Shown here: piece by piece, positions 16,377 through 30,129 of the stretch
How the letters are laid out: every line of letters begins with the position of its first letter
How positions within the stretch are numbered: position 1 is the first letter of the stretch
Assembly: GCA_964016885.1 (NCBI GenBank)
Contig: OZ024751.1
Coordinates: 37,014,001 to 37,078,000 of the forward strand
Reading direction: 5' to 3'
Source of the DNA: Eledone cirrhosa
Taxonomy: Eukaryota
Length of the DNA stretch: 64,000 nt
Position numbers and translations under genes: made by a program
Notes under the pieces: model-generated
What the model was told of the DNA's origin: nothing
The model's input: the letters and a program-made list of their open reading frames with translations, nothing else
The model's database searches: none

Positions 16377-17208
16377 AATAATGGAACTGCGGCGTTGCAA
16401 ATGGGTTACATATGAAAAAGTTTGTCCTTCATCAGTGGCCTTCCAACCGTCGTAGGCATTTCATCGCTTTAAAGGCCATATACCTCAGGTTGGTGCGAGC
16501 AACGGCTAAAAAAAGTCGTTGGGACACGTAAATAAAGGGGACGCTAGGGTAAACAAACAAAATGGTTTAAGCAACAGAAAGTGATGAAGAAGAAAGAAAC
16601 AAGTCCCAGATTTCTATGAATATAAATTCGGTGGAATCGTGAACAAGAGAATAAAGACCATCAAACCTGGTTGAAATGTGAGCAAGGAAGGAATTTCGCA
16701 CAGGTCTAACGGGAGGAAGAAAGGGTCTGGTCTGCGAATTCGGTAAACATAAGTTCTGTGAAGTCGCAGACGAGAGAGAGAGAAAAAATTCATACCGGCT
16801 TGGTCAAGAACGCGCGAGAAAAGGATTACGGACAGGTCAAACGGGAAGAAAGGGGAGGAGTAGAGGTAGTGACAGAGAATGAGTGAGCGAAAGGTGAGGA
16901 AGAGGCTAACAGAGAGAGAGAGACTGCTAGAAAGAGTAAAGATACAAAGAACGAAACAGACGCGTAGCAGCAGAGGAAAAAATATATGTGTAAATATGAT
17001 AATAATGGAGCTGCGGCGTTGCAAATGGGTTACATATGAAAAAGTTTGTCCTTCATCAGTGGCCTTCCAACCGTCGTAGGCATTGCATCACTTTAAAGGC
17101 CATATACCTCAGGTTGGTGCAAGCAATGGCTAAAAAAAGTCGTTGGGACACGTAAATAAAGGGGACGCTAGAGTAAACAAACAAAATGGTTTAAGCAACA
17201 GAAAGTGA
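16371..17208. mobile_element. Element with 214-bp direct terminal repeats (partial tandem of a 624-bp unit), pLTR/retrozyme-like
   Basis: 16371-16584 vs 16995-17208 differ at about 6 positions; no TG...CA ends, no coding interior; minus-strand CTGATGA in each repeat; TA-flanked. Confidence 0.75.
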
Positions 17209-17313
17209 GAATAAATATACATGTATGTATATATATATGTATATACATATATATGTATACATATCTATATACCTATATATATCTATATATCTATATCTCT
17301 CTATCTCTCTCTC

Positions 17314-17351
<38 letters not shown>

Positions 17352-17357
<6 letters not shown>

Positions 17358-17442
17358 AGATAGTTTTACAAAAATATCATTCTACTATATATTATATATA
17401 TATATATAGTAGAATGATATTTTTGTAAAACTATCTCTAACT
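17352..17442. repeat. Perfect 35-bp inverted repeat with TA spacer
   Basis: AGTTAGAGATAGTTTTACAAAAATATCATTCTACT and its exact reverse complement at 17408-17442. Confidence 0.95.
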
Positions 17443-17874
17443 GATACGATAAAAAATGTAATTAAGGCAAATTTCAAGTAGTTTATGTTGAATTAGCGTT
17501 AGGGTTAATGATACTCACCATGTAATAAATCATAAATATGTCAGAAAGAAAACATAAATAAGTCGTCAGTATGATGGGGGTGATTCATCATAATTAAACC
17601 ATCAATACCCTGATCAATAAGTCATCAATAAGCCGACAATATCACACTAATATCTTTCAACAATAAAAATCACCGATAAATCACTATGTCATCGACAAAT
17701 GATCAAAAGTATATCATCAGTGAATCATCAATGAGTTATGTTATCAGTTAGATCAGTTAGAAGTCCGATTAGTTGTCAATGATTATCAGTAAGCCATCGA
17801 ATGATGTACTCCCTCCCAATTTTTCACTATGTCACCAGAATACGACTTCCAGAACCACATTATTAATATTTATA

Positions 17875-17919
<45 letters not shown>

Positions 17920-17974
17920 TATATATATAAATATTATATATATATATATGTATATATATATACATATATATATA

Positions 17975-18013
<39 letters not shown>

Positions 18014-18025
18014 TATATATATATA

Positions 18026-18057
<32 letters not shown>

Positions 18058-18094
18058 TTAAATATATATATATATATACATATATATATAAATG

Positions 18095-18131
<37 letters not shown>

Positions 18132-18422
18132 CTATATATAAGGGTGTGTGTATGTATTTATTTATATATATGAATAAAAAATATTGTTATTAATAGTAAT
18201 TGGTAACTTTCGAAGTTTCGTCAATATTGATATTATTCGATAAACTAGTAAACGGTAAAACCCTCGAAATAAGCAGGGCTCCATTGATAAAAATTATTTT
18301 ACTGACTCTATATATATATACAGTATATAGATTCTTAATACTGTGCACGCTTAGTGTGTTCAGCACAAAAATGTATAAAAGAAACATTCAATTAAACGAG
18401 TATATATATACATATATATATA

Positions 18423-18542
<120 letters not shown>

Positions 18543-18543
18543 C

Positions 18544-18741
<198 letters not shown>

Positions 18742-19099
18742 GTATATATAGATACATATATATATATACAAATTATTGAGTAATTTACAAGTAGATAGCC
18801 TGAGATCGGTATTATGAATTGCCGTTATCTCTCACAAATAAACCAACAGTCAGACAATTATCTACCGATTAATACGTCGTTATAATTATTACTTGCTCAT
18901 TATTACATCATCAAGAAGGCAGGAATTACGTTGAGTAATAAATAACAAATGGATATATTTTTAAACACTCTTATAGCCTCTGATCCTTTTATGGGTAATC
19001 ACAGCCCTCCCAGCTGAATTTTAATAAACCTTTAAAGGAAACAAATATTGTTTTAAAGGAGAAATTTATACAGAAATAATAAACATATACAAAAAAATA

Positions 19100-19185
19100 A
19101 TTGTTTCGACTCTAGGCTCAAGGCCAGTAATTTGAAGGGGCGGGGAAAGTCGATTAAATCGACCTTAGTGCTCTCTGGTCCTTTT
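19100..19185 (-). mobile_element. SINE family A 3' fragment
   Basis: CTCTAGGCTCAAGGCCAGTAATTTG...GTCGATTAAATCGAC is the reverse complement of the tail at 21895-21953. Confidence 0.75.
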
Positions 19186-21339
19186 TTTTAATGAGATTTT
19201 ATATGAGATTTTATTTGTTTGATGTACGTTTAAAAAGTATAGAAAATAATAGGTAGGGATTATCTTATCAATTTAATATTTACGTGTAACATTTCATTAG
19301 TTCAAAAAGAATGTAAATATTAAAATATATGCAAATACATCAACCCAAGTTAACCTGGATATTCAGACTCTAGAAAAGGTATAAAATATCTCCTATGTAA
19401 TAAATGTATTAACATTAGATTACCATACAGATAACTATAAGAGTAAATACACCTTTTTTACTAAGTCTTTACAAAACACCACCTCGTGGAACGCTAAAAA
19501 ATAGTCGTGGAGTCCTGGTGTTCCTTGGAACCCTCTTACGAAGCCACTGATGTGCGCAATTAAGGCCATGAATATCTGTCGTAGATTATTTGAGGAACCA
19601 TTATTAGGAAAGCTTATGTGAGGAACTACGGAAATACCTAATTGAATTGACTCTGTGACTAAATTGTTATTCACTGTTTAAACACTTTCATGCTTATTTC
19701 ATTGTTTATGGTCTGAAGGAGACTCTTGGCCGTCAAATAATCTCTACACCCCTCTTCCTTCAATATATTGGGCATTTGTGATCATAAAAAAAAAAAAAAT
19801 CAATATTACTTGTGATATAAATAAGGTAAAACAGAATTCAATACGTTTTTGTTTTAACTGCATCGATTTTTCTGCCAGACATTCTCACAATAAATATTTA
19901 GATTCAACAAACTAAAGAATGGACGTCAATGTAAGTTGCGTGATATAAAGTGATATTAAGGGTCACTGATGAACCAGCTTTTCGACCCCGGCCTCGACAC
20001 ACCGTGATGAATAATTAGCAACCTGAATACACGTAAGTTAGAGGGAGAAAGCTAAGTAATTAATCAGTGTTATTCTCATCGTTGTCACCTGATTAGCTAG
20101 CAAGGCAATTTATTTCACTCACTGTGATGTCTCGCTTTAGAAGCTTTGGCAAATTGACAACAAAGATCGTGGCAATAACAGTAACATTTATTTAAAATTA
20201 GACAACAGGGGAAACAGCAAGAATGTGAACACACAATAAACATATTGTTTGCTTTTGACAAGGGGAAAAGACCCTATGTTTTAGGTGAGACTAAATAGAA
20301 ATTTGTTATATACTCTCCGTATCTCATAGTATTAACCAAGTAAAGAAATTGAAATTAGTCACAAACGAAAACTTAAGGCAAGTCACAAACTTTGCAAGTA
20401 CGCACCTCTCTATTAATGAATATTTTTACTTTACGAAAATTTGATTTCAATCCTTGACTATGAATCTATTATTCTACTGTGCTGATATTATACTATTGGT
20501 TGCTGTGATCGCACCTACATTAATACTCTATGTACGCTCCATTAAATATTACATACAATAGATTTGTTTCAAAACCTACTTTATCATATGTCATAGAGAC
20601 ACTATATGTGATAATGTTATAAGTATAGTATGGGTGTAATAATGTGGCCAGCAGTCGCTACGGAGAGTCGATTCCCCGTAGCGGCAGCACACTACTCTTT
20701 TTTATTCATAGGATTACTTTATCCGATTTCTTAAGCTAGTATTTAGTATTTATAGCAATCGAACGCAGTTACATTCTTGTATACGTTTGGGATTCCTACA
20801 TTTTCTAAGAATGTTAAAACTATCCAACTCTTTATTAGTTTACACACACACACATACACACACTCACACACACACATATATATATATATATTGATGGTTC
20901 TATTGGTATTCTCTTCGTTATCCATTTTTTATGAAATGGCATGGATTTGTCTTCTGACAAGAGAAATATCTTTAAGAACCAGCATTCAATAGAAAATATA
21001 CTTGACATTTGTGGCATATTTATTGTGGAATATCTTACTGAAAGCATTGATTGCTAACGTTACTGCGAACTTAAAAACTTACAGAACGGGATAGAAACGA
21101 TTAAATCTAATCCAATTCTTCTATGGTATTATATTTTTCTGTTCCAATAATTCTTAAAAGTAATTTTGCCTTCGATGGGATGTGAACTCAGACGTTGACG
21201 TCATTAGATACCGCAAGGCGTATTGTACTATTCTCTGCACAAATCATTCTGACAGGTTATTAAGGAATATTGTTATTACATAACACTATTACATAGTATT
21301 ATATAACACTATTTAGCTGAATCCTCAAATTCATGAACA

Positions 21340-21540
21340 AAATACTTTGCGGCTTAGCATGACATTTTTTTGTCTAAATTAATATCCACCGAAGTCTATT
21401 TTTTTTTCTTTTATCCTTCCTTCCTTCCGGCGTCGATACATTAAAATACCAGTCAAGTGCTGGGGCTGATATGATCAGCTTCTCAGCTCCTTCTACCTCA
21501 TTCAGATTGCTGGCCTGGTACTTAATTCAGAAACCATTAT
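21340..21540 (+). mobile_element. SINE family A, degenerate
   Basis: GTCGATACATTAAAATACCAGTCAAGTGCTGGGG...TTGCTGGCCT. Confidence 0.6.
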
Positions 21541-21799
21541 CAATGTGACAGTAGGCGTTTAATTGTACACTTGTTCATGTTATATATATTACATTATACT
21601 ACAATTATTCTCCTCACCTGTAATACTACACCTATTACCCTCACCTCAACTTTGCCTTTTATCGATTCGAGGTTGTTAAAAAATGAACCACTCTAGTAAT
21701 GGGGTCGATTCTTCTCCTGTATCTCTTTCTCACTTTCATTCTCTCATCTCTCTATTCTTCTCTGGACGAAATCTGCTGTATTCAGAACTGCAGAAAAGA

Positions 21800-21953
21800 C
21801 GACCCTTTATGTCCTGAGTTTAAATCCCGCCGAGGTTAGCTTTGCCATTCATCCTTTCGGAGTCGATAAAATAAAGTACCAGTCACGCACTGGGGTCAAT
21901 TTAATCGATTTTCCCCGTCCCCCAAATTACTGGCCTTGAGCCTAGAGTAGAAA
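21800..21953 (+). mobile_element. SINE family A, 5'-truncated
   Basis: CTGAGTTTAAATCCCGCCGAGG...GTCGATAAAATAAAGTACCAGTCACGCACTGGGGTC. Confidence 0.9.
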
Positions 21954-22081
21954 TCCGAATTAGTTTTTGGTCCAAATTAGAAGCAATAATATGCCAGATT
22001 TTCCTTCTCACATTAGGTTTAATTCCCGGACTGCAATATTACATTAATGGCGTAAGAATTGAGTGTATCGTGTGTTTGTAT

Positions 22082-22323
22082 AGTGCGATTGTGGTGGTGT
22101 TGGTGTTGGGAGTGGTGGTGGTAGTGGTTGGTGCGATTGTGGTAGTGTTCGTAGTGTTGGTGGCGGTAGTGGTTGGTGCGATTGTCGTAGTGTTGGTAGT
22201 GTTGGTGGCGGTAGTGGTTGGTGCGATTGTGGTAGTGTTGGTGTTGGTAGCGGTTGGTGCGATTGTGGTAGTGTTGGTGTTGGTAGTGGTGGTGGTAGTG
22301 GTTGGTGCGATTGTGGTGGTGGT
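22082..22323. repeat. GT-rich trinucleotide-derived minisatellite
   Basis: GGTGCGATTGT anchor repeated 6 times, separated by variable (GTG/GTA/TTG)n. Confidence 0.9.
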
Positions 22324-22588
22324 GAAGTTAGGTAGTAGTGACGTGAGAATTAAAACTGTGTTAAAGACACGGTTGACAGAATCACTCCCACTTATTAAAC
22401 AAAATAAGGTATTTGGTTTCAATGGGAGTTATAATTATGTCTCTGAAAGAGCCAAAGGTGAAAGAATCGTTATATTTGTTGAGAAAACTATAATCTTGTG
22501 TCATGGCCATTTCTTTCTCCCTCTGCAACACACGTAAAGTGAAGCTATTGTCACGTTAATATACATAACAATAACACTTACACAAACG

Positions 22589-22634
<46 letters not shown>

Positions 22635-23338
22635 ACAATACAGTAAGAGGGAGGAGAAGAACAAAAGAAATGAGTACATCAGTACGTCAGTGTGTGTTTG
22701 TGTGTGTGTGAGAGAGAGAGAGAGAGGGGGGGGGCATGTATATGGTTGTGTGTAAAAAAGCGATTAATAGCATATAGGTGAGTCTGTGTGTGTGCGTGTG
22801 TGTGATTCTGTATTTATGTGTGTACGTGAGTATGTGTAAGAAAGAGAGAAAGAGTGGGAGAGAGAGAGAAAGAATGAAAGTAAGAGAGGAGGAGAGGGAG
22901 GGAGAGAAAGAAGGAAAGAGAGGAGTGAGAGAGAAAGAAAAAAAGAGTTAGATAATATATATGAATTTGTACGGGTGCACATGAGTGAGAAAAAAAAGAA
23001 AAAGAAAATGAAATATCCATTGTTTAATTATAAGATATATATGAAAAAAAAAGCCTAGGATTTTTTTCTCTTAGCTGATATGATAAGTTAATCTAGGGTT
23101 TTTATGATGTGGAACAAGAGAAGGCAATATTTAGCAGAAAATTCTTAGTCTATTAGGTAAAAAAGAAAAAGAAAACGGCTGCTAGATAAAGTATTAAACG
23201 CTGTTATTTATAATAGAGAAATGATGTATGGAAGGCTTTTGTTGTAATGTCTTCGTACACAGGAATCCACATCGAATCAGGATTTCTACTGATAAATATT
23301 ACAACTATTTTTTAACCCTTTTTAATACCTAGGTATGC

Positions 23339-23395
<57 letters not shown>

Positions 23396-23477
23396 GCACA
23401 TATATACATTATATATACATATACAGATTAGGTTATATATATACATATATACATTATATATACACACACACATATAC

Positions 23478-23531
<54 letters not shown>

Positions 23532-23787
23532 ATGTGTGTGTGTGTGTGTGTGTGTGTAATATGGAGTTAATATTTCCAATAATATATAATTTTTTGCATT
23601 TTTTAAGGTGGGGGATCGTTTTTAAACAAGGACACCCGACACAATCGAATTATTGTAAATTATACGACTAACACGATTTATATAAAGAAAATATAAAATA
23701 TATATATAAACGAAACAACGACAAAAACAGAGATTTAGAAATAAGAAAAATAAACGGCACATATATAAAGAAAATGAACAAAAAAAG

Positions 23788-23867
<80 letters not shown>

Positions 23868-23981
23868 ATACATATATATATATACATATACATATATATA
23901 TACATATATATATACATATATATATACATATATATATATATACATATACATATATACATATATATATACATATATATATAC

Positions 23982-24102
<121 letters not shown>

Positions 24103-24116
24103 CATATATATATATG

Positions 24117-24170
<54 letters not shown>

Positions 24171-25315
24171 ATATATATATATATATTAAAAATAACAAAA
24201 TATGAACGAACAGATAACATAATAATTACAAACAAAAATAATAATAATAATACAGAAACTATCAATAAAAAAAAATAATGTCGATATATTAAAAAAATGT
24301 ATTCTTCAAAGGACGGGTTTATTGATAAAGCCACAAAAATCGCAGAGCGGATATCTTGAAGCTCTGAATACGGGACAGCATTCCTTGATTAGCCGGTTGG
24401 AATGGATTATTAAGCAGCAATTGAATTGTAGTTTTTAGTTTGCCGCCATTGAGAAAATAACATAACAAAAAGGAAGGGAGGAAATATGATTAAAAAATAT
24501 AAAAATAATATACAAAAAGTAATAAATAATAACTAAATAAAAAATGGAAAATAGAAGAAGGGGAAGAGATAGAGACTGAAAGGAAATCAAAATGAATGAC
24601 TGCAAATGAAAAAAATAAATAAAATAAATAAAAATATAGAGTAAAAAATAGACTATGAAAAGACAAAAAAAAAAAAAAAAATATTAATAATAAATAAAGA
24701 ATGCAAATGAAAAAAGAATGTGTAATAAATTAGACTATAAAAAAGATAAAGATAGAGAGAAAACTTATAAATGAAAAAGAAAAAAAGTATTTAAAAAATT
24801 CTGATGGAAACAAAAGGTATAATATAGGCTCTGTGTGATTGCATATCTGAAGTATTTTCGTTGATTGTTACTTAAATTTTTGCGATAATGTCAAACTTAC
24901 CCTTCACCGACATAAATCTAAACCGGGATAAGTTATTGTTTTTTTGAGGGGGCGAAAATATTATATTTATTAGTATGTTTTTTTATTGTTGTTGTTTTTT
25001 TTCATAATTTTAGCTTCAGTTTGATCTTTGATTATTTTTTAAAAAATCAACAACAAAAGGAACGAATTATGTTTACTTGTTTAGTCTTATTTCATATGTG
25101 AGTATATACATAATTCTCAATAAAGTCTATTGTGCATAACTTCTGTGCGCATGCGTGTTTTCATGTTGCTGTGTGCATGTGACATAAAGCGTGATAAGGA
25201 ATACATGTTAGCTGTTTTCCATGTTTTTTGTTTGTTTTTATCTTTGGTCTCGTCATAAATCATTTGGATTTCTAGAAAAATCTGTTCACAACTGTGTTCA
25301 TTATTTGAGAGTATC

Positions 25316-25540
25316 AGGGCGGCGGATTAGCTGAATCGGTAGAGCGTCGGTCAACATGCTTAGTGGCATAGAGTTACGACCCTTTACATTCTGCGTTCAG
25401 ACCACGTCAAGGTTAGTTTTGCATTTCATCCTTACGGTGGTCGATACAATAAAGTACCAGTAACGCACTGGGATCGATTTAATCGACTTACCCTCCACCT
25501 AAAATATTGTTGGCCTTGTGTCTAAATCAGAAATAATTAT
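25316..25540 (+). mobile_element. SINE family A, full length, with 16-bp TSD
   Basis: TSD ATTATTTGAGAGTATC (25300-25315) / ATTATTTGGGAGTATC (25536-25551). Confidence 0.9.
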
Positions 25541-25551
25541 TTGGGAGTATC

Positions 25552-25760
25552 TATAGAGCGTTGGACAAGAATACTTTGCGGTATTTAGGTTTGGCTTTCT
25601 TCGTTTTGAGTTCAAATCTCGCCCAGATCAATTTCGCTTTTTCATCTTTCTGGGGTTGATGAAATAAAGTACCAGTAAAGTATTAGGAGGAGGGGTAATT
25701 TATTCGACTTTCCCCTTCTACAAATTGCTGGCCTTGAGCCAATACTGGAAAGAATAATTA
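25552..25760 (+). mobile_element. SINE family A lacking its extreme 5' end, directly abutting the preceding copy
   Basis: TAGAGCGTTGGAC...GAGTTCAAATCTCGCC...AAATAAAGTACCAG...GCTGGCCTTG. Confidence 0.85.
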
Positions 25761-26064
25761 CTGTTGCTGTTATTGTTGTTGTTGTTGCTGGTTTTTATAA
25801 GTTTCCAACGGAGGACCTACTACAACGTGTTGGACCTCTCCAACAAACCGTAGGATACAAAAGGGCTCTCATTTTTTAATACGATTTTATTTTCAGTCGG
25901 TGGCCCACCATATGCTGGGACAGGTGAAGTAAAATATTCATACTTTGACTCAAAATGGTTTCTTTCAGAGAACCGAGTGTTAAAATAATGTGAACTAGAC
26001 AAAGAAATATAGGACTAGAAATTTAATTCCACAGCAAGAATCATGCATTGAGCATATCATTATT

Positions 26065-26136
<72 letters not shown>

Positions 26137-26654
26137 CAAAAAAAGTGAACAGCTACCATGTTGACTCTAGCCAGTATTATGCCATGCCGAACTAATTGCA
26201 TCACAATCGCTAATTGATGGAGATCGCCCTAATCCTCTCCCTAACCCTAACCGTCATATTAATTCACTAAAATTGGTCAAAATAAATAAAATAAAATAAA
26301 ATAAAAAAAAAAAACACAATAAAATAAAAATCAATATATTGGTGAATGTATTATTTATGAAGATTTCATAATCGATAATGATTCATTGTATTCTCCATCT
26401 TGTAATATCCTTTCTGTGTATTTTGAACTAGTTTTGCCCGTCAGTTACGAGTTACTTTCATTTCTAATTGTGATGAATCTTTCAGCTGATTTTATTGAAC
26501 AAGCTAGGATTGGCGGAATACATAAAACGCCGGAGGTAAAAGAAACAAAACAAAAACACACACAAAATAAAACAACAACAACATTCCAATCCTCCCACCC
26601 TAACTCCTCCACGAAATTAACAAGTAAACACCGCCAATCAGTTGATTGATCTTA

Positions 26655-26815
26655 ATGGTTTCTAATTTATTCACAAGGCCAGCAATTTGGAAAAAGAAGG
26701 GAAAATATAATTGGTTCGAACCCAGGTGTTGGTTGATACTTTATTTTATCGACCCTTGAAACAAGTAATGCAAAGCTAACCTCAGTGTGGTTTGAACTCT
26801 GAATGAAAAGTATTG
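26655..26815 (-). mobile_element. SINE family A, degenerate
   Basis: CACAAGGCCAGCAATTT...TACTTTATTTTATCGACCC...TTTGAACTC. Confidence 0.75.
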
Positions 26816-26984
26816 TAAACTAAAAAACTGCATTCTGATTATCTACACTTTAGATTTAATTCAATAAAAGTTACAAATTAGTCTTACGACTTTTTTATTT
26901 TTTTTTTTTGGTGGGATAGTATGTATGGGTATTTCATCGACAAGAGTACTTCTAAAATTTGTTTCAAGCCCGCATGATTACCTG

Positions 26985-27195
26985 ACCGCTGCTTTTCCCG
27001 GTATCTGTGGAGGGAAGCTACTGAGAGTATAATACTCCCAAGCCCCCCAGCGCCGGACATGACGCTAATCAGTCGCAGCGTTAAATACCCAGCTATTGCT
27101 GGTACTAAGTTTCAGCTGAGTGTACTAGAGCAACGTAAAATTAATTGTTTTAGTCAAGAGGACAACACATAGCCCAGTCCAGGAATCGAACCCAT
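26985..27195 (-). mobile_element. SINE with family-B head and Meta/CORE-like body
   Basis: CAAGAGGACAACAC...GGAATCGAACCC (reverse-complement B box); body GAAGCTACTGAGAGTATAATACTCC...AGTCGCAG resembles widely shared metazoan SINE domains. Confidence 0.6.
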
Positions 27196-27505
27196 TGAGG
27201 TGTGCTTCAATTGCATTATATTTTCAGGACACCAGAAAGCAAAAATGTATTCGATCGGATTAAGAAGAAATACAGCCAATAATCTGCTACAGAGCTCTGA
27301 TGGTCATACGATATAAATTTGGTTCCTACTTTTGACAAAAGACCAACAATTTCGGTTGTGGGGCAAAAACCTGAATAAATCTATCCAAGTGCTGGACAAT
27401 TTTTCGAAACTCCGGCATAGATAAAACAATGTATTAAAGTTAACCACGTCGAAATTTAATCTGAGAGCGCAGAACCAGAACAAATACTGCTCTACATAAT
27501 CCACC

Positions 27506-27562
<57 letters not shown>

Positions 27563-27601
27563 TAAAATAGATTAAAGTTTAGTCTTCAAATTTATTATTA
27601 T

Positions 27602-27696
<95 letters not shown>

Positions 27697-28736
27697 CACG
27701 CAAATGTATGTACATATACACGTATATTATATATATATATACATATATATATCCCACTCCAGGATAACTATTATTAGGTAGTGTGCATATATATATAAAG
27801 GTATTTATATAGCCATTCTTATTCTTTCATTTGATTATTTACCATACATGACGCCGATTCTGGAATATGTTTATGTAAAACGCGGTAAAAATAGCATTTG
27901 AAAATTTCACAAAACACACACATAGTGAATCAGTTAGCGTTTAAAACATTTTTCATAATCACACCGTGTGATTCTAGATGTGGCAGGAAAAAAAAAACCG
28001 ATGTTAACTCTCATGGATCATTGAATTTGATCCACCTCAGCATTGCACTGACCTTGAAGCGGAAAGGGAAATTGGTTAACAAAACGAAGTATCAAAAGTA
28101 AAAATAAAGCAAAGCAAAGTACGAAAAATAGACAGCATGATACGAATGTATAACGAAGAAGAAATAATGAAAGAGTTAAAAGAAGAACAAAAAAAATGGA
28201 TGTGATATGCTATGGAATTGTAAAAATATAAAACTGAATTGGATAAGAAAACAGAGCAAGAAGAGCAGTGACAAGAAAATCGTTTCAATAAATATGTAAA
28301 TAAATAGAAATAAGGAACGTGTGTATGTATGATGCAAGCTCGGTGGGAGATATCATTGAAGCTGAAAATGAATGTTCTAACAAGCAAGTATGCAGCAACA
28401 CTGCCTTTTGCTTCCTTGGACATTGCATTTGCATATTTTTCATATAGGTTTTTATATGTTTTTATATGTTTTATATGTTTTTATATGTTTTTATATGTTT
28501 TTATTATAGTTTTCGGTATTTAAGTTAGTGAAGGATCTCAATGTCTAAACAACTATATGCATATGTGTGTGTTTGTGTGTCTTTCTGTGTATGTATACAA
28601 ATACTTTCATATGTAGGCGAACATAAAACACGCTCGTATCACACACACACATAAGTATACGCACACACATACGTACACACACATACACATACATACATAC
28701 GTATACATACAGACATACATACACACACACATATAT

Positions 28737-28798
<62 letters not shown>

Positions 28799-29219
28799 CT
28801 ATGTCTTCATTTCTCTCTCTTTCTCCAATATATTTGAATATACACCTACGTTCTATACATTCCTTGCTTCAACAAGCAAATCCGAAGGTTTCTCGCTTAA
28901 TTTTCTAAATATATTCTTGGAGATTTCCATGGCCAGTGTATTTTTTAAAATTTTAAATAATTCTAAACAGATAAGAAAAATACGTTTTCCAGAAAATATC
29001 GATATTATAAAGTCTTATGTTAAATGGTTTCTTCACGAAATTGCTTGAAATGTCGCGTGTCACTTTCCTTATTCAAAACGCACTTTTTCCCAGGATTTTA
29101 AGAAAATATTCGCATTAATTTTGTTATAATTCTTATTACGATTATTCTTATTATTTAATATTAATGATAATAATAGCAACCGCATAAACTTCTTCAATAG
29201 TAGTTGTAGTAGTAGTAAC

Positions 29220-29280
<61 letters not shown>

Positions 29281-29313
29281 ACAATAGTGACAATAGTAGT
29301 AGTAGTAGTAGTA

Positions 29314-29350
<37 letters not shown>

Positions 29351-29729
29351 GAGGAGGAGGAGGACGGGAGGAGATGAGGAGGATTTGTAGTTGTAATTTT
29401 CATGTTCTTCTTTAAAATAAATATACAGAATTTTTAACTTAACAACCGAATAAGCAAAAAAGGGAAAGAAATATATAAAAAAAAAAAATAAAATGATAAG
29501 AAAATGTATAAATATATTCTAATATTTCATATAATTTTTATCATCACACCTTTTAGCATTTCTAAAGAATTGAAAGATGGTATTGCATGCATTTGTGTTC
29601 ATGTGTGTTGTTTAATTTGTTTTATCATTGTTAATTCCTATATTAAAATAAAAATATATCAATGTCACTACACACCTGCAAATCTGTTCGCATGACGGTT
29701 ACATTATATTATTGCTATAATGGTTTGCT

Positions 29730-29789
<60 letters not shown>

Positions 29790-30040
29790 CATAACATTTA
29801 TCATGGATGTTTCAAACAGCTTTCTAAAATATGATGTAAATTGCACGATATGTGAATTTCCCAGTGAATTAAACTTTTTCGTATCAAATTCTGCATGGAA
29901 GAGTACGCACGCACATATATACTTACATGCATACAATCACACATGCAAACATATATATATATATATATATATATAAACGCATATATGCATATTCTTTCAT
30001 ACATAGATGTACATATATAAATACATAAATGTAAACATTT

Positions 30041-30076
<36 letters not shown>

Positions 30077-30080
30077 TACG

Positions 30081-30129
<49 letters not shown>

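Noticed and set aside
18195-18250. Further HHR-like halves (also near 13455, 27860, 44790, 46220, 49480)
   Set aside because: Only GAAAC-type halves or hairpins remain, with two or more core mismatches; too decayed to call individually.
22039-22422. Mucin-like Thr-rich ORF (TTTIAP repeats)
   Set aside because: A trinucleotide-derived minisatellite is open on both strands; non-ATG start and no gene context.
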